NCBI GenBank assembly: GCA_020137815.1 | Contig: CM035352.1 | Location: 2,852,001 to 2,916,000, forward strand | Reading direction: 5' to 3' | DNA: 64,000 nucleotides | Source of the DNA: Hormiphora californensis | Lineage: Eukaryota; Animalia; Ctenophora | Part shown: piece by piece, positions 54,201-64,000 of the stretch | Layout: every line of letters starts with the position of its first letter | How positions within the stretch are numbered: the first letter of the stretch is position 1 | Position numbers and translations under genes: made by a program | Notes under the pieces: generated by a model | Seen by the model: the letters and a program-made list of their open reading frames with translations, nothing else | Databases searched by the model: none | What the model was told of the DNA's origin: nothing

Positions 54201-54547
54201 TGAGCCAGTTGTAGAGAAGACTGAAGAAGAAAAACCGGCTGAGGAAGAGAAACCGGCTGAGGAAGTTAAACCGACTGAAGAAGAGAAACCTGTTGCTGTT
54301 GAGTTCACAGTAGAGGAGCCAGCAGTGCCTGCCACTGAACCAGTACAAAAGGAGGAAGCACCTCCTGCAGTAGAGGAACATGATTCTTTAGAGGACAAGG
54401 TTGGTAAATATTATTATTTTATCTTTATCAACTCAATTCAATGTTGTGTTATAATACCGGCATTTTGTACAGGATGAGTACGAGCTTGCTGCGATGAATC
54501 TGGTAAATGATGTCCTCCGGAGAATTGACACAGAATCGGAGGAGTAA
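49892..54547 (+). CDS. Multi-exon protein of unknown function with Glu/Pro-rich C-terminal region and a terminal amphipathic helix
   Basis: Protein-like ORF segments bounded by splice sites at about 49892-50075, 51492-51768, 52038-52107, 52181-52394, 52472-52575, 52690-53022, 53187-53324, 53576-53688, 53911-54399, 54473-54547 (TAA). The phase of the first junction is not cleanly resolved. Confidence 0.65.
50976..51410. mobile_element. MITE-like inverted repeat (~75-bp arms) enclosing an (AG)n tract
   Basis: attatgccaaaaact...gacacctttgccc / gggcaaaggtgtc...agtttttggcataat. Confidence 0.75.
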
Positions 54548-55907
54548 GTTCCATTAAGTGCCCTATATTAGAAGATCTGTGTGGTGCAGGCGATATGTAT
54601 AATATATACCTGTGCAATGTACGGAGCTGTGTGTCATAATGGCACTATTCTTTGATCGCCAACGCCCCATATAACTTTGTACTGCACAAAGTTGTGGGGC
54701 ATGTTCAATGTTCATAGACAGGGATTTTAGGAAGATATATGTTATCCGATAAATTCAATATTAGTGACACCTAAACATATCTCTTCCTCAATCTTTATCT
54801 ACATGACACGTGTCACCATTTGTATCATCGCGTCAGCAAGCTCATGCTGTTCCATCATATTCATAGCGTATTTAAATACAGTACATTATACGACTAATAA
54901 TCAACTATATATTATGCATGCACCGAGACTTTAATAATTTCTGGGTAACTACACTCACTTATAACTCTGCCTCTTACAGCGCCGCTTGTAACTAGCGGAG
55001 AAATTTAATATTTAATAGCTATAGAGATTACTGATAATTGTCTACTGTCTAGTTAACTTTCTGAGCTGCCTCATCTTAGCATAATACTAATTGCCCCATG
55101 TAAGAGCTGCTAGCAACCATTAATTAGCTATCCTCCTTCACTATTCCGTCTCATTATACACAGGGAATGGGGTGAAGTGATTTAGTTTAACCAATTAAAG
55201 ATTATCCCTAATAGATATTAAAAATTTTTAGCACGCCTTTCTCTCTATCAGCTCGATTGACTGTCTACTAAATACATGTTCCATATTCCATAAGTATGTA
55301 TTAGTTTTGATAATGATAGGATACTGATTGTAGCAGATACACCATAATGATCATGAACGAGAATCGCCTTCTTTTTTATGCAGTATGTTAAAGGTGTTTA
55401 ATCACTCGTCATCTCTGTCTCTGTTTCTCTACCTTTCTTACTCTATTTACTATCTCTGTCTCCTTCTCCATCTCTTCCAGCTAACAAATTGCTTTTGAAG
55501 ACCAGATATTACGCATGCACATAACAAAACGTTGCTCTTTCTATTCTACTCTTCACGAATGAGATTGAATTTTTTACACTTAACACTATTGATAACAAGG
55601 TCACCACACGTGAGTATTCAATGATGAATTTCATACTCAGAATAGATGAGGCATGAAGAATCATTATCTCTATTCATAACGAATCAGTCTATGAGCATGA
55701 GCCGTTATAAACTATTTCTTTTCAATTTCAATTTTGATTGTGAGCATCCTTTGTCTGACTTTCTCACGACGTTAGTGATCTATTATGAGTATAACATGGC
55801 AGGAATTGAATGAATTTCAAATAAGGAGGAAGTGATAGAACGGTCGAAATAGAAGTATCAGAAGTGTGTGAGAAAGTTGAGAGAGAGTGAGAGAGACAGG
55901 GAGAGAC

Positions 55908-56073
<166 letters not shown>

Positions 56074-56899
56074 GCTGAAGGGAGAGACAGAAAGAAAGAC
56101 TGGAGAGAAAGCGCTACTTCCTGAATCTTTAGAAGTGTGTGTTAGGAGGTGCTTGTGATGGTGGGAGCCATTATATACTATAGCTTTCACTTGTTGTAGC
56201 CTATTGTTGTTTTTCAATTAACAATACTGTGTACTTCGTGGTTGTAAATGACAGCATAATTATTTTGTCTTGGTTTAGTAAACCGTTTACCACATATGAA
56301 GCGTCTATGCCATTTAGTTGTGACGTTAGTTACATTACACAGCTATACAGAACGTTATTCTTAGATATAGCAATATGACTCATTTTATTGATAATGATGC
56401 ATCTCCATTTCTCACTTCTAATTTTGTTCCCAGCAGTTGTGTAAGTATAGCCTGATTAGTTATAGTGAGTCATTAATTAAACTCTAGCTTGAGTAAGAGA
56501 AGCTTCCATAGGAACATCCCGGGAAGCTTGTCTTAGTAAGACTCTTACTCAAGCCTAGTAGGAAGGCCAGAGATCCTTCCGGGGATGTGAAAGAGATTAT
56601 AGAGATACTGCTGCAAGAGAGAGGTAAATAGAAAGAGAATGGAATAAGAGCACACAGCTAGAGGAATGAAAGCTCATGCAGGGCTCAGGATGTGTCACAA
56701 AAATTCGGTGGAAAGATTGGCTTTATTGCAATCACAGTTTCTTGACGTCACACGAATCTGCTCATTCTTACTCAGCTCTTAGTTTGGCATGATTAAGGCC
56801 TAAGGGATGGCTCTCTCTTGTAAACTAATGTCGTTGTCGTCGAAATGATACATTAACATGGTAATTTGGATGTGCATTGTGCAGAGTTAGAAGACTGTA

Positions 56900-56975
56900 C
56901 TGTCTGGCGGTGCCGACCACGGTGTCGCGAAAATCGAAACTGCCAACCAAAACGGGGTGTGGCGCCTCCATACAG
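56900..56975. mobile_element. Micro-MITE, CTGTCTG family (diverged, TSD not retained)
   Basis: ctgtctggcggtgccgac...gtgtggcgcctccatacag; similar to the 12211 and 61392 copies. Confidence 0.6.
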
Positions 56976-57438
56976 GAGGGCTAGACTATGGGATACCAGC
57001 CCTTTGGCCATGCGTATAGCAAACAACTCAAATTTCCTGTTATTTATCTCAGCTCGTTCGACTGTTGTTGATAAAAGCAGCACTGCAGCACTGCACTGCT
57101 ACAATATGTCCATTTGTTGGTTTGCTAAGACTTCCAAACGTGTATTATAAGCTTGATAGTTCTCTCTCACTCCCTCGCTTTCTCTCTCACTCCCTCCCCT
57201 CTCTCTCCATCTCTTTTTCTCTCTATCTATCTCTCCCTTTATCTCTGTCTCTCTTAAAGTGTACAAGATCTACAAATGCTATTGACAGATACGTCAATTA
57301 GGTGTACTCTGTTATTGTCAAACTCAATCCCGTCCTGCAAGTGCAAGGAATGCCTATGGCTTGGTAGAAGCTTCAAAAACCCTCCCAAATAGTTCACGAG
57401 AGAGATACCTGGGGTATTCCAACTTTTAAATTAACTTC

Positions 57439-57483
<45 letters not shown>

Positions 57484-57624
57484 AAGTAACATAAAATAAG
57501 GAAGTTATGCTTGGAGCCGTATGATAACTCTGACGTTGAGCAGCGTCACAGTCAGCGTGTGATCTGCTCTGGTCCTGTTCTGCCTCAACGGTATAGCAAA
57601 ATCCCGTTTTATCAGTGTTGAAAA

Positions 57625-57658
57625 CTGTCAGGTCAATGCAGTTCTCGCGCTCTGACGG
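57625..57658. mobile_element. Micro-MITE, CTGTCAG family, internally deleted (34 bp)
   Basis: ctgtcaggtcaatgcagttctcgcgctctgacgg; TSD gttgaaaa / attgaaaa (7/8). Confidence 0.7.
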
Positions 57659-58329
57659 ATTGAAAATTATTTAGATCTTTCTCTATCCACCTAGTTGAGT
57701 ACTCAACAATGTCCACACTGACGCAATACAATTTGCACCATGCACACTTAGTGTGTATTGCACTTCAATTTGAGCTAGTCTAATATTTTTAATTGACCCC
57801 TTCTAGACTACTATCTCTAACTAGATAATTTCTATCTCTCTATTATTTATATCTGTTCGCTGGCCTTTGTCTGTAGCCATTTCACACGTACATTCTACCT
57901 ACGATGACACACTGCATTGAATTAGTTTCATTGACCGCACTTCAATAGTATTGTTTCACACTGTGGACAGTTATATTATCACAAGTATCTCTTACCCTTT
58001 GTTTCTTCTCGCCTCACGATTATTAAAATCGATCATAATCTGTCATATCTCTGTTTAGTTGAGAATAACAGCATCAGTCATCTTTATTCAACTTGCATAA
58101 TTTTACATTTCCGGGTTTAGAGATATTTTATGTGCACACAAGGTTTATATATTTTCTGTGTTTCGTATGCTTTTAGTAGAATATATTCCACGATAGTTCA
58201 CAATAGTTCACAAGAGAACAGGCGTGGATTATTGCAAAGATTCACAGACGCACGTGATACTAAAACGATTCTTGTATTCTTGAACTGTCCCCTATATTCA
58301 ACAAATAACGTTGTCTGTGCTGCAGGTCA

Positions 58330-59268
58330 ATGGAAGAAAAGAGAGTCAGATTGATCCACTTTGATAGTTCTCCGGAGATAGTATACTATGAGAAGGAAGC
58401 TGGAGAGGAAGAACTGGCATGTCACCCTGACGAGAAGCTGATCCTGACAGAGGATCTGAGCACTGCAGAGACAGAACTAGAGGAGGAGGCCAAGGCGCTC
58501 TATCACAAAGTACTGTCAAGTGAGTATAGTACGTGGTATAAAACACATTACACACATGGGTGATTCTCTTGGCAATGACGTGCAATGGCACAATGCCCCC
58601 CCCCCCCTGCATGATACACATACACCGTCAGAAAGATGACATATTGTAGCAATTAACCGCCTATAATCCCACAGCTGCACACACGGAGCCAAAACCGAAT
58701 GCAACTCCACAAAAGGAAGAAGAGGAAGATGAAAACCTGCGAAGTCTCGCTAGGGAACTAACAGATGAGGCAATTAAAAATGCGACAGAAAAAGAGGTGA
58801 GTCGTTTGATGCATTATCAGTTAACCATTGCAGCTAATTCAATTTTTGAATGAGCTTCACTCAGAATGGTCTGCTTCTGGAAAGACTTAATGCGTTCTCC
58901 ACGGCTCGAGACCGTCGTAAAGGCCGAGTAGTACGAAAGAAAGTAGGAAAGTGTCCTCGAAATGCCAATAAATAGATGTCAAAAAGAGAAAATGATAAGA
59001 ATGTCTGATTCTTAATTATATGTCTATGTTACGTCTCAAGATGATCAAGCTTGATCTGATTAAAGTTGTCGCTTGTATAACGAAAGATTTGTTTCAGGCT
59101 AACCTCCCTGCAACAGAAGAAGTGAGCCCCGTCACAGAAGAAGTGAGCCCCGTCACAGAAGAAGTGAGCCCCGTCACAGAAGAGGAACGACCAGTAAGCC
59201 CTGTCACGGAAGCAGCTCGAAGTCTCACGCAAACTGCTCTCTCCAACGCTCAGAGCATTTCAGAATGA
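58330..59268 (+). CDS. Small acidic protein (~160 aa) with three AKAP-like amphipathic helices, an RVxF-like motif and EEVSPVT repeats
   Basis: Exons 58330-58519, 58675-58796 and 59098-59268 splice in phase with GT-AG; a 21-bp repeat encodes TEEVSPV x3. Confidence 0.7.
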
Positions 59269-59309
59269 AGAAATATAGATTGACTGTACTGGAAGAAGTT
59301 GATTGAGAC

Positions 59310-59414
<105 letters not shown>

Positions 59415-60560
59415 GAGAGAAATAGAGAGAGAGAGAGAGAGAGAGGAATCAAAAAGTAAAGTGAGAGACAGAATAGTAAGACATAGCAGTTTATTCATCA
59501 GTGAATATTGAATAGATGTATCCAGAAAGGAATCAGTCAAATGTACTTTCGACCACGTGTATCTCTTACTACATGTGGAGCCCGATTCTACGATTCTACG
59601 ATTCACTAAATGTACCCTGTCCTTTGCATTACATATTTAAAACCGATGTAAAAAGATGTTTTAGAAAGTACTGCATTTTTTGTTGAAAGTATGTAAAGTC
59701 ATGTTCGATATAATGTTCCAATTTGGCATTCAGTGTTTTAACATAACTACCGATGTTTTATTTCAAAAAAGAGGTGCGGGAAAGGGATAATTGCAGATTT
59801 GATTTCTAGACAACCACCATCAACCACGTGTTTGCGACACCTTGCTGGTTAACAAGTTTATACTGTACATGATCTATCAACAACCTGCTAACTACTGCCT
59901 TCCAAATTTGCAATCAAAATCTTGATGGAAAAAGTAACAAGAAAAAGGCTCTAGGACTGTAACTCACCTGGACTGTAACTCGAAAGTGAGTTATTGTCCG
60001 AAAATTGGCGTCGACTTTTTATTTTTTGGTGACTTTCTGTCCGCTTTATTTTCGACTTTTTGCTAGGACAAAAAGTCGATAGCTAGGACAAAATGTCGAA
60101 ATTGAAACTCACCTGGTTTTTACCGTAAAACCCAACCCAACCCTAATACAGCCCTAACCTCGAACCCAAACAATAACCCTAACGCTACTAAGGGAATATA
60201 AACCAGTGAACTCTCGTTTCCGGCCTATCGGCCGCAATCTCGAGTTCCCATAAGAGGTGAGTTAATGTCCTTTTGGACTCTAACTCACCCTAAATAGTGG
60301 GGCGGACAAAAAGTCACCAGATCCGGACTATAACTCACCTAGATTCGAGATTTTCAAAATGTGAGTTATAGGTCGAAATTTTCGAGTTCGAGTTCGAGTT
60401 ATCGTCCATTCGAGTTTTTGTCCGGTACCCCAAGAAAAATAAGAGATTTGTAATTTAGTATTCCTTGTCTTGATCAGACTCTTGCATTGTACATTGTACA
60501 GCCACTGTATGAACAATACAAAGCATTCCCAGCAAAAATAAACATAATGTGAACTTGATA

Positions 60561-61301
60561 CAGTCGGACCCCGATTTACCGGGCCCCGATTTACCGGAAC
60601 CCCGATTTACCGGGAGGATTTCTTTCCCCCGATTTTTTTGGAAAATTTTCGAAGTTTTGCCGGTTGGTAAACTTGCATTTGCAATTCGCTAGGTCTAATG
60701 GGGATCACGTATCGGTTCGTTTCAAACCTTCTAATTAGCGGCAGGGCACGTGATAAGATGTACCGATTCGAAACACGATTCGAACGTGTCTGGTATACCT
60801 TAGAAAAATTTCATAACTTTTTTGCAAAATTTTACAGAATGATTGTCAATGCTTTGATCGATGCTCCCCGTAAATTTTCAGAGAAAAAGTTATTTTGAAA
60901 CTTTGATACTTCCTCAGCCCGCTTAGGGTGCCCAGATTCGGCATGGTATCACGTATCGGTTCGTTTCGAACCGTCTAATTAGCGGCAGGACATGCGATAA
61001 GATGCACCGATTCGAAACACGATTCGGACTCGGTCGGGGTGGTTTACCTTGGAAAAAGTTTTTACAATTTTTTTTGAATTTTTTAAGTTTTCTATTTCTA
61101 ATGACAGAAGCAATGATCATATTGTCATCAATAAATGTATACTATACAGTTAGAGGTGTCTTGGCATAGAATTTTGGACACAAGTAGGATTTATGGGTAG
61201 GGTTTATGGGTCAAATATGCTCTACCCCGATATACCGGGCACCCCGATTTACCGGGAAAAATGGCTTCCCCCGAGGATCCCGGTAAATCGGGGTCCGACT
61301 G
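60561..61301. mobile_element. pogo/Tc1-mariner-type non-autonomous element (741 bp)
   Basis: ta|cagtcggaccccgatttaccggg...cccggtaaatcggggtccgactg|ta; subterminal ccccgatttaccgg repeats; internal ~100-bp direct repeat. Confidence 0.9.
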
Positions 61302-61391
61302 TAATTGATATGAAACATAAAAATCGAACAAAACAAAACGCAGAAGGCATCTGGATAAAAACTGTTGTATAACAATTGGAAGTGACGCGAT

Positions 61392-61463
61392 CTGTCTGGC
61401 GCCGTGACCCGATCTGAGTGTACTGTCGCGAGAATCAAATCGGGGTCTGGCGCCGCCAGACAG
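61392..61463. mobile_element. Micro-MITE, CTGTCTG family
   Basis: ctgtctggcgcc...ggcgccgccagacag; TSD gacgcgat / tatgcgat (6/8). Confidence 0.7.
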
Positions 61464-61525
61464 TATGCGATTGGTTATTGTGTCTCCCCTTTCAGAGGAG
61501 AAACTGTTTTCAACTACGATAGTAT

Positions 61526-61795
61526 AGTCGAATTTTTTAATCAAGGGACAGGGGCCGCGCATTTACAAAAGTCGATTTGCGCGTGCTAAACGTTTTCGCT
61601 CATATCTCCTGTTCCTTATAAGATAAAGACTTGGTCTTGGTTGCGTTGAAAAGGTCTTAAAATTATCTTTCCAACGCTTCCAGGTTCAAGTCTTAAGATT
61701 GCCAGGAACTTGATCTCGATTATCACGCGCAAATACAAAGCTGCGCGACTCCTCTGAATGCGCGGCCCCCTGTCCCTTGATTAAAAAATTCGACT
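61526..61795. mobile_element. MITE with ~38-bp TIRs
   Basis: agtcgaattttttaatcaagggacaggggccgcgcatt / aatgcgcggccccctgtcccttgattaaaaaattcgact. Confidence 0.8.
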
Positions 61796-61796
61796 T

Positions 61797-62100
61797 TATG
61801 ACATACTGCCTACGGAACGTTTGAGGACACATTGAGGGCACATTAAGGACACATTGTGGACACATTAAGGACACATTAAGGACATATCGTGGACAGTCTG
61901 GGGACACATTGTGGACAAATTTGGGATATTTGATGTGAAAGCTTCTATTTTTGTTGTGGACACATTGAGGACACATTGAGGAGTGAGGACACACTGAGGA
62001 CGATGTGTCATCAGACTGTCCACGATGTGTCCACGATGTGTCGGGTGTCCCCAATGTGTCCTTAATGTGTCCTCAAACGTTCCGTAGGCAGTATGTCATA
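61797..62100. mobile_element. MITE with ~37-bp TIRs and internal ggacacatt tandem repeats
   Basis: tatgacatactgcctacggaacgtttgaggacacatt / aatgtgtcctcaaacgttccgtaggcagtatgtcata. Confidence 0.8.
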
Positions 62101-62699
62101 CTACCGAAGATCCAGCTATTGCGTAGCAGGCGATTGCTTAGGTGAAAGTGCCTGTGTTCAGCATGACCATAGCCCTCAGTCTGATTAGTGATTGGTCAAT
62201 GACTTGCACGTTGTCTTAAAGAATTTGTGGGGGAAAGTTTTTGCTTACCGTTTTCTCCCTACAACCAGCCCTGTGTGTCTCTTCTCCTGAGCTGTCCTGA
62301 GCTGATGCTCTTGCGAGGGCATCCTTACCAGGGCATCTTTGAGGGATTACATGTAACCACTGTATACACTTAATTGCAACTCAATGTGGATTTATAAAAC
62401 TCAATACCGACATCAGTTTCCTATTTTGTAACTGGTCCCTTAGGGACTGATGTCGGTTTCCAGGTCCCGCGGTTGCCACTAGCAATACTGACACTACGTG
62501 CAGCGCCTACTTTCAATGCAATTCACATCGAAATTCGGTCACGTGATCGTAGATGTCGTGCACATCTGGTTCACCAGGAGTGTCCCAGCTGCAAACTGGT
62601 GTCAGTTTCCAACCTGATATCAGCTTCCAATGTGTAACTGGAGCGTAACAGAAGGGGAGAGAGATTGTGCAGTAGCGTCAACACGTTCTCTCTTGATGC

Positions 62700-63060
62700 C
62701 CTAAGGTAGTTACCATTGTTCTGGTCTTCTTTTCAGACTTGTTGTTCCCACACACCGCAATTCAGAATTTATCATCTTTTATTTAAGCTCATCCATGATC
62801 ACTGCTTTCCGATTTTCTTCTGCAGACAGTAGACACTCTTCTCTTTAAGATTACAGCCAGCCTTGAAGATGCACCAGCACATGACAATGGCTTGAAACTA
62901 TCGCTCAGAAAAGACTTTTAAATATCGCTTCTCACTGTCTCAGATACAGCTTCATCTTGAAGCTGGATAATCTTCTTTTGAAGTTGGATGTTACCCCTTT
63001 CTGACACGTTCGTGGCTCCTTTTCCAGTCTTCATACTTGCTGATCATTCATCTCTTCTTC
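62700..63060 (-). pseudogene. Possible degraded non-LTR retrotransposon ORF1 fragment
   Basis: Stop-interrupted coiled-coil-like translation KIIQLQDEAVSETVRSDI*KSFSE; the resemblance is from memory only. Confidence 0.25.
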
Positions 63061-63505
63061 ACTTCTATATACCGTAAGCCTGAATAACTGTACAGAAAAC
63101 CTTCCCCTGGGGGAGCACAGTAAATCACCAGGTTTAACTGTGGTGTAGTATTCAATATTTCAATGGGTATTCTATAGCATTCTGGTATTCTCTCTGTGTT
63201 TTTGCAGTTGATGTCTGTTGAATAACTTCTTACTCAACAAGTCTGGGAGAGATATGTAGACTGTAGTACATATCTCGAGATAATATCTCTGATCCCAGAG
63301 TTAATCCCAGATTTAATTTGTTGAGTACATATTATGTACGTGTCAATAATATTATTATTGCTACATAGTACCACCATAACTACATATATTGCAATTATTA
63401 TTAGTGCTATTATTAGAGTTCTTTAGAACTCGGAGGGGGTAACGGCTCTGATAGGTGTATCATGATCAGGCCACCCGCATAACTATTCAGAACCCGAGGT
63501 ATGCT

Positions 63506-63569
63506 CTGTCAGAGCATTGGCCTGACCCATTCTCGCGCGAGAACTGTGGTCAGAGCATTGGCCTGACAG
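63506..63569. mobile_element. Micro-MITE, CTGTCAG family (64 bp, full two-unit form)
   Basis: ggtatgct|ctgtcagagcattggcctgac-ccattctcgcgcgagaactgtg-gtcagagcattggcctgacag|ggtatgct. Confidence 0.9.
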
Positions 63570-64000
63570 GGTATGCTCCAGTTGCAGTTTTGGACCCTGC
63601 AATCTGTAACTGGTCCTTTATGCTCCTTTGAAAGCTACAACAGCTGCAAACATCCCATATAGCTATCACGGGGAAACAGTAAAATCTGTGATATTGCTAT
63701 CTAAAATTTCCCATGTTTGAAATCATGTGCTTTACAACCTAACTACTGCCTTGCCCGACAGAACAACCTAACTCCTAACCTTTCCTGGTTTTAACTATTC
63801 CTAGAATCTGTTAATACTTCTAGAATATTCCGGAGGGAAAGCTTACCAGTGATCATACAGTGACAATGGGGGAAGGGAGTAGGAAACGGTTAGACACAGG
63901 TGGAATAGAATTTTAGAAGAAATTGCGATTAAATGAATGATATCATGATAGTCTGATCAGATCGAGAAAAAAGAAGTAAGATTGAGAAATTTATAGCGAT

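Overview
Eukaryotic (animal) genomic DNA with GT-AG introns, long (AG)n microsatellites and a dense population of non-autonomous DNA transposons (MITEs). Some repeats, such as the 109-bp element translating as KQPIRARYLGHVTGYQPIRDQYFLIRSVP, resemble ones I recall from the ctenophore Pleurobrachia; that assignment is an unverified inference. Seven genes were reconstructed by hand-splicing. (1) A very large, repeat-rich, probably nuclear protein (minus, <1-10493). (2) A small stand-alone CFP1-type zf-CXXC protein (minus, 13197-14226). (3) The main finding: a 10-exon, 512-aa Delta/Serrate-like Notch-ligand gene (minus, 19345-23617) with signal peptide-MNNL/C2-DSL-3x Sushi/CCP-TM-tail, so the usual EGF repeats are replaced by Sushi domains. 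It is nearly invisible in the ORF track because its exons are short. (4) Directly upstream on the same strand, a giant ShKT + ~30-40 Sushi + Thr-rich + VWD + C8 extracellular protein (25574-43480+). (5) A secreted F-type-lectin/F5-8C-like gene nested antisense in one intron of gene 4. (6) A Glu-rich unknown protein (plus, 49892-54547). (7) A small acidic protein with AKAP-like helices (plus, 58330-59268). There is also a family of ultra-short (23-110 bp) elements with CTGTC(A/T)G termini and 8-bp target-site duplications (TSDs), including a 23-bp solo unit.
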